Positions 29,062-38,297 of a stretch of 62,617 nt of DNA are shown here, piece after piece. Source of the DNA: a virus (Duplodnaviria > Caudoviricetes). Under the pieces are notes generated by a model. The model saw nothing but the letters and a program-made list of their open reading frames with translations. It searched no databases and was not told the origin of the DNA. The stretch's first letter is position 1. Every line of letters begins with the position of its first letter. Both the position numbers and the translations under genes were made by a program. The stretch lies in IMG/VR virus record IMGVR_UViG_3300034106_002415, positions 1 through 62,617 of that record; one strand, written 5' to 3'.

Positions 29062-29787
29062 TCAATGCCGCGCAATCTGAACCGACACGCGCGCCTTGCT
29101 AGCCGTTCCCATGCAAGCCCGACACGTGGCGCAATTGGTCACGGCCGCCTTTTCTTTGCTGGCAGGGCAAACGGTTTCTAGGCCTTTGACGTTTTCAAAT
29201 GGCTTGGCGGTGACGCGAAACGTCCGAAACCCGCGCTTATGTGCGGCCAGCATATCGGCCAAGCTATCGGCACTGGCCATGACAAGCCGCGCCCAATCGA
29301 TACCGGCCGCGCGCCATTGGTGCGTGTATCCCGTCCAACCTAGTGCCTTGCTAGCGGCCGCTTGCCATATGCCTATAGGCGCGGCGAAGGGGTCGCCATA
29401 GGAACCAAAGCGAACCATCCGGCCCTCGCATAGGCTGGCAATGTCGGCCATAGTGGCGCGGGGATATATGCCGCGCTGATACCCATTGTATACCGACAAG
29501 GGGGCTTGGAACGTCTTCACATAGCAGGGGACAAAGGCCTCACCGCTAGCCGTCACAGTCTCCCGCATAGCCGGCCGGTGTGGGCATTGGCCGCAAATGC
29601 TAGCGTCATCGCCAGACTTAACCGCATGGTGTGGCGCGATATCCGATCGGATAATCCATGTCTGTATCATGTCGCCAGTCTTGGCGTTTGCGCTGCTATT
29701 CGCAAAGCCCGTGGCAATCACCACGATAGGCTGGCCGTCAATGCCGCTAGGGCCTTCATACAGAATATAACCGTTTGGCTTGGACAT
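29062..29787 (-). CDS. Cys-rich conserved phage early protein
   Basis: NAKTG, CGQCP..CYV, RFGSYGDP, YTHQW, CPA..CATCRAC motifs; RBS CGGGAGTAA. Confidence 0.7.
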   Translation of the reverse strand: MSKPNGYILYEGPSGIDGQPIVVIATGFANSSANAKTGDMIQTWIIRSDIAPHHAVKSGDDASICGQCPHRPAMRETVTASGEAFVPCYVKTFQAPLSVYNGYQRGIYPRATMADIASLCEGRMVRFGSYGDPFAAPIGIWQAAASKALGWTGYTHQWRAAGIDWARLVMASADSLADMLAAHKRGFRTFRVTAKPFENVKGLETVCPASKEKAAVTNCATCRACMGTASKARVSVQIARH

Positions 29788-29811
29788 GGTAATTACTCCC
29801 GTGTGGTTTGA

Positions 29812-30015
29812 TTAGTACTTAGCAACCTTGCCCAATTGCTTAAGGGTGGCGGATACTAGGCCGTGATCGTCCGGCATATCGCCAAGGCCCAAAAGATCGA
29901 GCGCGGCATAGACGGCACTGAATGTATCACGTTCGGGGTGGCGGGCTTTGATATCGCGGGCAACACGCACCAACACGGTGACGGTGTGAAGCGATTTAGC
30001 GAGCGGTTTGTTCAT
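29812..30015 (-). CDS. Hypothetical early protein
   Basis: RBS CGGGAGTAA. Confidence 0.6.
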   Translation of the reverse strand: MNKPLAKSLHTVTVLVRVARDIKARHPERDTFSAVYAALDLLGLGDMPDDHGLVSATLKQLGKVAKY

Positions 30016-30036
30016 GATGTTACTCCCGTGATGTGA

Positions 30037-30216
30037 TTAGCGGATGACGACTAGTTCGGACGCAAGGAAAGCTTGCTCAAAGCCGCCAGTATCCGGCTTG
30101 ACGTTAAACCATTCATCTTTGCCGATGACGCAAATGTCGGCAATCTTGCCACGCAAACCGTTGATCGTGATGACGTTTGCGCCCTTGCGCTTTGCTTTGT
30201 GCGATGTGGTCAACAT
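30037..30216 (-). CDS. Hypothetical early protein
   Basis: ATG 30216 with RBS CGGGAGTAA. Confidence 0.55.
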   Translation of the reverse strand: MLTTSHKAKRKGANVITINGLRGKIADICVIGKDEWFNVKPDTGGFEQAFLASELVVIR

Positions 30217-30311
30217 GGTGATTACTCCCGTTTGATCTTTGTATCGGAGGCCGCAGGTTGCACCGTGTCGCCGTAGCAGTCCGGTGCGGTGTTTGGCCGT
30301 TCGATGTTCCA

Positions 30312-30340
30312 AAGCTAGCCGGATGTGGCACACGTGGCAA
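30312..30340 (-). promoter_or_regulatory. Early sigma70-like promoter with operator in the spacer
   Basis: TTGCCA-N17-TAGCTT; spacer contains TGTG-N-CACA; AT-rich upstream. Confidence 0.7.
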
Positions 30341-30470
30341 CAAGAAAATGAAAGAAACCCGAAAATAATTTATAACCCGTTGAGATCAAACGAAATAAAT
30401 CTTCGCTCTCATCGTGGCGCGACCGAAACGCTACCTAGCCAAAAGCAGATGACGCGCGTGGGCGCCGCGT

Positions 30471-30533
30471 GTGTCGCGTGTGTCGCGTGTGTCGCGTGTG
30501 TCGCGTGTGTCGCGTGTGTCGCGTGTGTCGCGC
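30471..30533. repeat. 9-bp tandem repeat (GTGTCGCGT) x7
   Basis: Six perfect units plus one with a single mismatch, in the non-coding gap between the two arms. Confidence 0.95.
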
Positions 30534-31018
30534 ATTACGCGCGCCTGGCGTGTGGGGGTGTGCGCCCGCGCGCGCCTGGACGCGCACCCACCCGCCCCCG
30601 ACCCCCCCTGTATGGCTTTGGAGTCCCAGCGATTTACATACATAGTATTATGCACAGCCCCCCACGCACTTTTCCAAACCAGCGACCCCCACCCCCCTTC
30701 TATTAGGAAGACCCCCCGTCAGGAGTCCCAACCTCCCCTTGCCCCCGTAGGGGGTATATTATATAACCGTACTGCGCCTCGCCCCCCGTCCTCTCCCCGT
30801 GGTGTGCTGCGGATAATCGGAATAAACGTCGTCTGACCCACGACGGGCGCTCCAGCTTGCTTCTTGGCGGCATTTCGGTATAGCCCTCGCTCCCTCCCCT
30901 AGCGGGGTAACCCGGATGATCAGCAGCATCGCCCGCTGCTGGGGGGCCGGACCCACTTTACAAACTCCCCCGTACGCCCTTATAGGCAAGGTCTGCTCCC
31001 ACAAACCGGACGCTGCGC

Positions 31019-31618
31019 ATGCCCATTGCCAAGATCGAACCCACGGATAAGCATCCCATCCCGTACTCGCTGGATGCTGATGAACCCGAGGATTATCTGA
31101 CGCAGGTGCTGATCGCAGGGAATACCGCCGATGTACTTGAGCAGCTTGGTGCCCCCCTCGAAGTCGACGACAGCACGTTCCATAAAGAGAAGGCGCTGAT
31201 TGATGCGGCGTTGAAGGGGAAGAACCCAGACGCCTTGCGGCAGTATCCGGCAGCGGTAGCTGCATCTGCCTTCGTTAAGCGGTATGGAAGCAGCATCGCG
31301 CATGAAGTGTCCGAGGTGCGCACGGCTTTGACCAACAAGCTGCTTGAAATTGCCGACTGCGGAGACACCAAGCACGAACTGCGTGCGATTGAGCTGCTGG
31401 GTAAGCACGTCGATATCGGCCTGTTCACCGAGCGCAGCGAGATCAACATCAACTACAAGGACCCCGAGAGCCTGGAGAAGGCAATCAAGGAGCGGGTCAA
31501 GCGGTTGCTGAACGCAGACATTATAGACGTGACGCCTGTCGGGATGGACCTCGACGAGGAGCTAGGCGTCTTCGAAGGTCCCGACGAAGAGCCGGAGGGT
31601 GACGAGCCCGATGCTTGA
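31019..31618 (+). CDS. Putative terminase small subunit
   Basis: Directly upstream of terL; RAIELLGKH..IGLF motif. Confidence 0.65.
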   Translation: MPIAKIEPTDKHPIPYSLDADEPEDYLTQVLIAGNTADVLEQLGAPLEVDDSTFHKEKALIDAALKGKNPDALRQYPAAVAASAFVKRYGSSIAHEVSEVRTALTNKLLEIADCGDTKHELRAIELLGKHVDIGLFTERSEININYKDPESLEKAIKERVKRLLNADIIDVTPVGMDLDEELGVFEGPDEEPEGDEPDA

Positions 31619-33134
31619 CGACATCTCCCTCGTAGACATCCCCAAGATACTCCACAAGCTGCCGCCGCGCGAGCAAGAGCTCTTGCTGGCTGAGCTGGAC
31701 AAGTTGGCCGAGATGAAGCAGCGCAAGCTGTCTCAGACCAAGTTCCTTGCCTTCGTGAAGGAGGTATGGCCCGCGTTCATTGCTGGGAGGCACCATGCGA
31801 AAATGGCGGATGCGTTTGAGCGGGTGGCTCGGGGCGAGTGCAAGAGGCTTATTATTAATATGCCTCCTCGCCACACTAAGTCTGAGTTTGCCTCTTATCT
31901 ATTGCCTGCTTGGTTTCTGGGGAAGTACCCGCACAAGAAGATCATCCAGTGCTCCCACACAGCTGAGCTCGCCGTTGGTTTCGGTCGTAAAGTCCGTAAC
32001 TTGGTTGATACGGATGCCTACAAAGCAATTTTCCCTGATCTTGCGCTGGCATCCGACTCCAAGGCAGCAGGACGGTGGAATACCAACAAGCAGGGCGACT
32101 ATTTCGCTATCGGTATTGGTGGTGCCGTTACCGGTAAAGGGGCCGACGTCCTCATCATCGACGATCCACACAGCGAGCAAGAAGCTGCGCTGGCCGAAGT
32201 GAACCCAGATATATACGACAAGACCTACGAGTGGTATACTTCGGGCCCCCGTCAGCGTCTGCAACCAGGTGGGTCCATCGTCATCGTCATGACACGGTGG
32301 TCGAAGCGAGACCTGACGGGCCAGATTATCAAAGATGCGGCGGCCAACGAGAGCATTGGCGAGTGGGAAGTCATTGAATTTCCAGCAATTTTGCCCAGCA
32401 ACAACCCGCTGTGGCCCGAGTTCTGGGAGTTGGATGAACTTCTGAAGGTTAAGCGCGACGTCCCTAACAGCAAGTGGATGGCGCAGTACCAGCAGAACCC
32501 CGTGTCTGAGTCTGCTGCTATTATTAAACGTGAGTGGTGGAAGACGTGGGAGCGCGAGAACCCACCCCAGTGCGACTTCCTGCTACAAAGTTGGGACACG
32601 GCCTTCGAGAAGACGCAGCGAGCGGATTACTCGGCGCAGACCACATGGGGTGTGTTCTACCACCCAGACGACAACGGTATAGATCAGGCCAACATCATCC
32701 TGCTGAACGCGGCGCGTGACCGCGTGGAGTTCCCTGCTTTGAAGCAGTGGGCCATCGACGAGTATAAAGAGTGGGACCCAGATAGCGTCATCATCGAGAA
32801 AAAGGCGTCAGGGGCACCGCTCATCTACGAGATGCGGTCCATGGGCATACCCGTGCAGGAGTTCACCCCGACAAGGGGTAACGACAAGATCAGCCGTCTG
32901 AACGCTGTGGCGGACATATTTGCCTCTGGACGGGTGTGGGCCCCAGCAACGCGCTGGGCTGAAGAAGTCATTGACGAGGTGGCTGAGTTCCCTGCGGGTA
33001 GCCACGATGACTTTGTCGACACCGTCTCCATGGCGATGCACAGGTTCCGGCGCGGGGGCTACGTGACTACTGCGCTAGACGCAGACGACGAACCGCTGTA
33101 TTTTAAAAGCTCACGCAGGCAGGGTTATTACTAA
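31599..33134 (+). CDS. terL: Terminase large subunit
   Basis: MPPRHTKS Walker A, IIDDP Walker B, MTRW, YQQ.P, SWDTAF and HDDFVD nuclease motifs; start may be ATG 31611. Confidence 0.93.
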   Translation: MTSPMLDDISLVDIPKILHKLPPREQELLLAELDKLAEMKQRKLSQTKFLAFVKEVWPAFIAGRHHAKMADAFERVARGECKRLIINMPPRHTKSEFASYLLPAWFLGKYPHKKIIQCSHTAELAVGFGRKVRNLVDTDAYKAIFPDLALASDSKAAGRWNTNKQGDYFAIGIGGAVTGKGADVLIIDDPHSEQEAALAEVNPDIYDKTYEWYTSGPRQRLQPGGSIVIVMTRWSKRDLTGQIIKDAAANESIGEWEVIEFPAILPSNNPLWPEFWELDELLKVKRDVPNSKWMAQYQQNPVSESAAIIKREWWKTWERENPPQCDFLLQSWDTAFEKTQRADYSAQTTWGVFYHPDDNGIDQANIILLNAARDRVEFPALKQWAIDEYKEWDPDSVIIEKKASGAPLIYEMRSMGIPVQEFTPTRGNDKISRLNAVADIFASGRVWAPATRWAEEVIDEVAEFPAGSHDDFVDTVSMAMHRFRRGGYVTTALDADDEPLYFKSSRRQGYY

Positions 33135-35584
33135 TGGCAATTGACAAGGCTCTTAACGCCGCCCCCACTGGCTTGACTGCTATGCAGCCGTCGCTGGACA
33201 TCGACGAGCTCTACGCTGAGCCGAACGAGCCTGAGATCGAGATCGAGATCGAGCTCGACTTGGACGACGAGGGGGAAGAGGACGAAACGCCTCCGGGGTT
33301 TGACGACAACCTTGCCGAAGACATGGACGACGGGCAGCTGACCGAGCTGGCGGGTGACCTGCTGGGTGAGTTTGATGAGGACATCAGCAGCCGCAAGGAC
33401 TGGATACAGACCTACGTCGACGGCCTTGAGCTGTTGGGTATGAAGGTCGAGGACCGCACCGAGCCGTGGCCCGGTGCCTGCGGTGTGTACCACCCGCTCC
33501 TGTCTGAAGCTCTGGTCAAGTTCCAAGCTGAGACCATGATGGAGACGTTCCCAGCACAGGGGCCGGTGCGGACGCAGATCATCGGTGAAGAGACGCCAGA
33601 GACGCGTGACGCCGCCCAGCGTGTGCAGGCGGATATGAACTACGAGCTCACCGACGTCATGACGGAGTATCGGCCCGAGCATGAGCGGATGCTGTGGGGT
33701 CTGGGCCTGTCAGGTAACGCCTTCAAGAAGGTCTACTACGACCCGAGCTTTGGCCGTCAGACGGCTATGTATATCCCCGCCGAAGATGTGGTGGTGCCTT
33801 ACGGTGCGTCCAACCTTGAGACGGCAGAGCGCGTCACCCATGTGATGCGTAAAACGCCTAATGAACTCAAGAAGTTGCAGTCAAAGGGCTTCTACCGCGA
33901 AGTCGAGATGGCTGACCCCGTCGACAGCTTCGATGAGGTTGAGAAAGCCATCGCGGAGAAAATGGGCTTTCGAGCCAGCTCTGACGACCGCTACAAGCTG
34001 CTGGAAATGCACGTCGACCTCGTGCTTCCGGACGACGAGTTTGCCAAGGACGAGTCCAAGGCCGGCATCGCCGTGCCTTACGTAATTACCATCGAGAAGT
34101 CGTCGCAGACCATCCTCGCTATCCGTCGTAACTGGAACCCAGACGACGAGATGAAGCAGAAGCGCAACCACTTCGTGCACTACGCGTACGTTCCGGGGTT
34201 TGGCTTCTATGCCTTCGGTCTCATCCACCTCGTGGGTGCCTTCGCCAAGTCGGGCACCAGTCTTATCCGTCAGCTGGTCGATGCGGGTACGCTGAGCAAT
34301 CTGCCCGGTGGCTTCAAGACCAAGGGTCTGCGGGTCAAGGGTGATGACACCCCCATCGCTCCGGCTGAGTGGCGTGACGTCGATGTGGCGTCAGGTACGA
34401 TGCGCGACAACATCATGCCGCTGCCGTATAAGGAGCCCAGCCAAGTCCTCTACAGCCTTCTGGGTACCATCGTAGAGGAAGGCCGTCGCTTCGCTGGCGC
34501 TGCTGATATGAAGATCAGCGACATGTCGGGTCAGGCTCCGGTCGGCACGACGCTGGCTATCCTTGAGCGCACCTTGAAGACCATGTCGGCGGTGCAGGCG
34601 CGCATCCACTACGCGATGAAGCAGGAGTTCAAGCTCCTTAAGAACATCATCCGCGACTACACCTCGGACGACTACGGCTATAAGCCAGAGGTTGGCCCCA
34701 AGCGCGCCAAGCAGAGCGACTACGACAAGGTGTATGTCATCCCTGTGTCGGACCCCAACGCCGCCACCATGGCGCAGAAAATCGTCCAGTATCAGGCGGT
34801 TATCCAGTTGGCGCAGTCGGCTCCGGGCATCTACGACATGCCTTACCTGCACCGGCAGATGCTTGAAGTGCTGGGTATCAAGAATGCCCAGAAGCTCGTC
34901 CCGCTGCAAGACAGCGACGAGATGAAGCCCCGCGACCCGGTCAGCGAGAACATGGACGTCCTGAACATGAAGCCGGTCAAGGCGTTCATGTACCAAGACC
35001 ACGAAGCGCACCTTGCCGTCCACATGGCGGCTGTTCAAGACCCGAAAATCCAGCAGATGGTGGGGCAGAGCCCCAACGCACAGACCATCATGGCGACTAT
35101 GACGGCTCACATGCAGGAGCATCTGGCGTTCGAGTATCGCCGTCAGGTGGAAGAGCAGGCGGGCGTCCCGCTGCCGCCGCCCAATGCTGAGATGGACGAG
35201 AAGACCGAGCTGGAGGTGTCTCGCCTTGCCGCTGCCGCTGCCCAGCAGTTGCTCAGGAAGAACCAAGGCGAAGCTGCCCAGCAGCAGGCTCAGCAGGCGG
35301 CACAGGACCCAGTTATGCAGCTTCAGCAGGCCGAGCTGCAACTCAAGGCCGAAGAGCTTAGGCAGAAGGCGCAAAAGCTTCAGGTCGACGCCGCAGATAA
35401 GGCGGACAGGCTGGACATCGAGCGCGAGCGCATCGCCGCTCAGAAGGAGATCGCCGGTCTCAACGCTGGGGTCAAGGTTGCCACCGACAAGGCACGTCTG
35501 GCGTCAGACGAGCAGCTCGAAGGGCTGCGTGTGGGCGTCCAAGTTGCTCGTGAGAGCATGACGAGTGAGCAAAAGCCGGCTTAA
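33134..35584 (+). CDS. Portal protein
   Basis: 816 aa directly after terL; FKKVYYD and FYAFGL motifs; Gln-rich coiled-coil C-terminus as in P22-like portals. Confidence 0.85.
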   Translation: MAIDKALNAAPTGLTAMQPSLDIDELYAEPNEPEIEIEIELDLDDEGEEDETPPGFDDNLAEDMDDGQLTELAGDLLGEFDEDISSRKDWIQTYVDGLELLGMKVEDRTEPWPGACGVYHPLLSEALVKFQAETMMETFPAQGPVRTQIIGEETPETRDAAQRVQADMNYELTDVMTEYRPEHERMLWGLGLSGNAFKKVYYDPSFGRQTAMYIPAEDVVVPYGASNLETAERVTHVMRKTPNELKKLQSKGFYREVEMADPVDSFDEVEKAIAEKMGFRASSDDRYKLLEMHVDLVLPDDEFAKDESKAGIAVPYVITIEKSSQTILAIRRNWNPDDEMKQKRNHFVHYAYVPGFGFYAFGLIHLVGAFAKSGTSLIRQLVDAGTLSNLPGGFKTKGLRVKGDDTPIAPAEWRDVDVASGTMRDNIMPLPYKEPSQVLYSLLGTIVEEGRRFAGAADMKISDMSGQAPVGTTLAILERTLKTMSAVQARIHYAMKQEFKLLKNIIRDYTSDDYGYKPEVGPKRAKQSDYDKVYVIPVSDPNAATMAQKIVQYQAVIQLAQSAPGIYDMPYLHRQMLEVLGIKNAQKLVPLQDSDEMKPRDPVSENMDVLNMKPVKAFMYQDHEAHLAVHMAAVQDPKIQQMVGQSPNAQTIMATMTAHMQEHLAFEYRRQVEEQAGVPLPPPNAEMDEKTELEVSRLAAAAAQQLLRKNQGEAAQQQAQQAAQDPVMQLQQAELQLKAEELRQKAQKLQVDAADKADRLDIERERIAAQKEIAGLNAGVKVATDKARLASDEQLEGLRVGVQVARESMTSEQKPA

Positions 35585-35607
35585 ACCCCGGCGCAGGGAG
35601 AGACTAA

Positions 35608-35802
35608 ATGAGCAACGACATCTTCCGCCATCTGGCGAACAAGAACAACGAGGAGATCAAAATCCTCTCTGACGATTTGGCGCGTGGGCACGCCAAAGAC
35701 CACGGGGAATACAAGTACGCCGCTGGCGTAATCCGTGGGTTGATGATGGCTAACAGCTTCATCGCTGAAACTGCCCACAAAATGGAGACTGACGATGACT
35801 GA
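35608..35802 (+). CDS. Small head-module protein
   Basis: Y....G.IRGL pattern, between portal and GroES. Confidence 0.65.
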   Translation: MSNDIFRHLANKNNEEIKILSDDLARGHAKDHGEYKYAAGVIRGLMMANSFIAETAHKMETDDD

Positions 35803-36223
35803 TACAGAGGACAAAACTCTGTTCGACGAGCTACCTACCCTCCGTAAAATGACCAATGTCGAGGCGGCTAACCAGCCGGTTGAAGACAAACCCAAGCAAC
35901 TGCCGGAACCATCGGGTTATCGCCTTCTGTGCGCGGTGCCTGACGTCGAGGAGAAGTATGCCAGTGGTCTGTACAAGGCGGATATCACCCGACACCACGA
36001 AGAGCTGACCACCCCAGTGCTGTTTGTGCTGAAAATCGGCCCCGACGCCTTCAAGGACCCCAAGCGGTTCCCGAACGGTCCGTGGTGCAAGGAAGGTGAT
36101 TTCATCCTGACCCGCCCGATGGCCGGTAGCCGTGTGAAAATCCACGGTCGGGAGTTCCGTCTTATCAACGACGACAGCGTTGAGGCTGTTGTGGACGATC
36201 CGCGAGGCATTTCGCGCGCCTAA
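35795..36223 (+). CDS. groES: Co-chaperonin GroES-like protein
   Basis: P.GYRLL, mobile loop SGLY, VLKIGPDA, KEGD, G.EFRLIND..V.AV pattern. Confidence 0.8.
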   Translation: MTDTEDKTLFDELPTLRKMTNVEAANQPVEDKPKQLPEPSGYRLLCAVPDVEEKYASGLYKADITRHHEELTTPVLFVLKIGPDAFKDPKRFPNGPWCKEGDFILTRPMAGSRVKIHGREFRLINDDSVEAVVDDPRGISRA

Positions 36224-36256
36224 CGGGAGCGTTTTCCCGTACAAAGGAGAGAAGTG

Positions 36257-37183
36257 ATGGCTACCAAGCCTATTGACGACGACATCCAGTGGGAAGTCGA
36301 AGCTGAAGACGACGAAAAGCCTCAAGTCGAAGTGGTCGACGATACTCCGGAGGCTGACAGGGGCCGTGAGCCCATGCCGAAGGAGATTGTCGAGGAGCTG
36401 GAGAGCGACGAGCTCGAAGAATACTCCGATAAGGTCAAAACCCGCCTCAAACAGATGAAAAAGGTCTGGCACGACGAGCGCCGAGAGAAGGAACGCGTCC
36501 AGCGTGAGCAGCAGGAGGCTCTGAACGCCGCCCATCGACTGCTGGAAGAAAACCGCCGCCTGAAAAAGACGCTGTCTGAAGGCGAGCAGTCACTTGTTGG
36601 CAGCTATAAGCAGACCGCCGAGTATGAAATCGACGCCGCCCGCAGGGCATATCGCGATGCGTACGAGTCTGGTGACGCTGACAAGGTCGTTGATGCCCAA
36701 GAAAAGCTCTCGCGGGCTACTTTGCGGCTTCAGCAGGTTGAGCAGTATCGACCTACTTTACAGCAGGAAGAAACTGAGGTAGACATTGTACCGCAGCAGG
36801 TGCAACAGCCCCGGCTCGACCAGAAAACGGTTACGTGGCAAGAGCGTAATACGTGGTACGGGACCGATCCGGAGATGACTGCGTCGGCTCTCGGGCTTCA
36901 CCAGAAGCTCGTTAATGAACGTGGCCCGCAGTATGTGGGTTCCGACGAATATTGGACAGCCGTCGACACAACGATGCGCCGTCGATTCCCCGATTACTTC
37001 GGGGAAGAAGAGGCTCCGAAAACCTCTTCGCGCGAAAACAAGAGCGCGAATGTCGTAGCTCCTGCTTCACGCAGCCGGTCCCCCAAAAAGATTGTGCTGA
37101 AACAGTCCCAGCTGGCCATCGCCAAGAGGTTGGGTCTTACTCCCGAGCAATATGCTCGTGAACTCATGAAGACGGAGAACTAA
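36257..37183 (+). CDS. Putative capsid scaffolding protein
   Basis: Acidic N-terminus, long coiled coil, C-terminal IAKRLGLTPEQYA helix pair; upstream of the capsid genes. Confidence 0.7.
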   Translation: MATKPIDDDIQWEVEAEDDEKPQVEVVDDTPEADRGREPMPKEIVEELESDELEEYSDKVKTRLKQMKKVWHDERREKERVQREQQEALNAAHRLLEENRRLKKTLSEGEQSLVGSYKQTAEYEIDAARRAYRDAYESGDADKVVDAQEKLSRATLRLQQVEQYRPTLQQEETEVDIVPQQVQQPRLDQKTVTWQERNTWYGTDPEMTASALGLHQKLVNERGPQYVGSDEYWTAVDTTMRRRFPDYFGEEEAPKTSSRENKSANVVAPASRSRSPKKIVLKQSQLAIAKRLGLTPEQYARELMKTEN

Positions 37184-37184
37184 T

Positions 37185-37673
37185 ATGGCTACTCGTGATA
37201 CTCATTCCATCGACGACGTCATGGAAACTCTCGGTGAAGCGCGTGCGCCTCGCCAGACGCGTGAAGATACAAAGCGTGTCGAAGTTTGGGCCCCAGCGTC
37301 AACGCTGCCCGAGCCAGACAAGCAGCCGGGTTACGCCTATCGCTGGATTCGTGTTTCCACGAACGGTGAGAAGGACCCCCGGAACATTTCGGCCAAGCTG
37401 CGCGAAGGTTGGGAACCTGTTAGCATTAGCGAGCAGCCCAAGTTTAGCCTGATGGTCGATCCGGACAGCCGCTTCAAAGACAACGTCGAAGTCGCAGGGT
37501 TGCTGCTTTGCAAAGCTCCGATGGAACTGATGCGCCAGCGTAAGTCTTACTTCACTGGTAAAAATCAGTCTCAGATGGAGTCCGTGGACAACAACTTTAT
37601 GCGCGAGAGCGATGCTCGTATGCCTCTCTTCCGTGAGAAGAAGTCATCGACATCATTTGGCAAAGGCAGATAA
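37185..37673 (+). CDS. Conserved head-module protein
   Basis: WAP...LP.P...GY.YRWIR and EGWEPV motifs. Confidence 0.7.
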   Translation: MATRDTHSIDDVMETLGEARAPRQTREDTKRVEVWAPASTLPEPDKQPGYAYRWIRVSTNGEKDPRNISAKLREGWEPVSISEQPKFSLMVDPDSRFKDNVEVAGLLLCKAPMELMRQRKSYFTGKNQSQMESVDNNFMRESDARMPLFREKKSSTSFGKGR

Positions 37674-37685
37674 CAGGAGCTAATT

Positions 37686-38285
37686 ATGGCTTATCCCGCT
37701 GTTGAAGCCCCCTACGGGCTTCTCCCGATTAACCTTATCGGCGGTCAGGTGTTTGCCGGTTCCACCCGTCAGATTCCGATTGCTGTCAACTCGGCCACGG
37801 CCATCTTCTATGGTGACGTTGTCAAGCTGAACAGCGACGGTACTCTGGACAAGGACACCGGTACGAGCGCCGCTACCCCGGTAGGTGTGTTCCTTGGTTG
37901 CACCTACGTCGATCCGACGTTTGGTCTGACCTTCCGTCAGTACTACCCCGGTACCACGAACATCAACGGCATCACGGCCTATGTGCTGGACGATCCCGAT
38001 GCGCTGTTCAAGGTCGCCGTGGTTTCGAGCGGCACCACCATGAGCTTTATGAACCGTACTTCGGTCGGTAATAACGCTGTTCTGGTGCAGAACTCGGGCC
38101 TGACGGCCACTGGTAACAGCCGCGTGGCTGTTAGCTCGACCACCGCAACCACTTCAACGTGGCCGGTGCGCGTTATCGACGTCATCCCCGACACCGCTAG
38201 GGCGGGTAACCCCGGTTCGTATACCGAGGTTATCGTCAAGTGGAATCAGGGTATGCACCAGTACCTCAACCCAACCGGCGTGTAA
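37686..38285 (+). CDS. Putative capsid decoration/cement protein
   Basis: Beta-rich; IFYGDVV, GVFLGC.Y and DDPD motifs; directly before the capsid gene. Confidence 0.6.
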   Translation: MAYPAVEAPYGLLPINLIGGQVFAGSTRQIPIAVNSATAIFYGDVVKLNSDGTLDKDTGTSAATPVGVFLGCTYVDPTFGLTFRQYYPGTTNINGITAYVLDDPDALFKVAVVSSGTTMSFMNRTSVGNNAVLVQNSGLTATGNSRVAVSSTTATTSTWPVRVIDVIPDTARAGNPGSYTEVIVKWNQGMHQYLNPTGV

Positions 38286-38297
38286 GGAGACTGAACA

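Noticed and set aside
30471-30533. CRISPR array
   Set aside because: Units are 9 bp with no spacers and there is no cas operon; the Cas4-like nuclease is an ordinary phage exonuclease.
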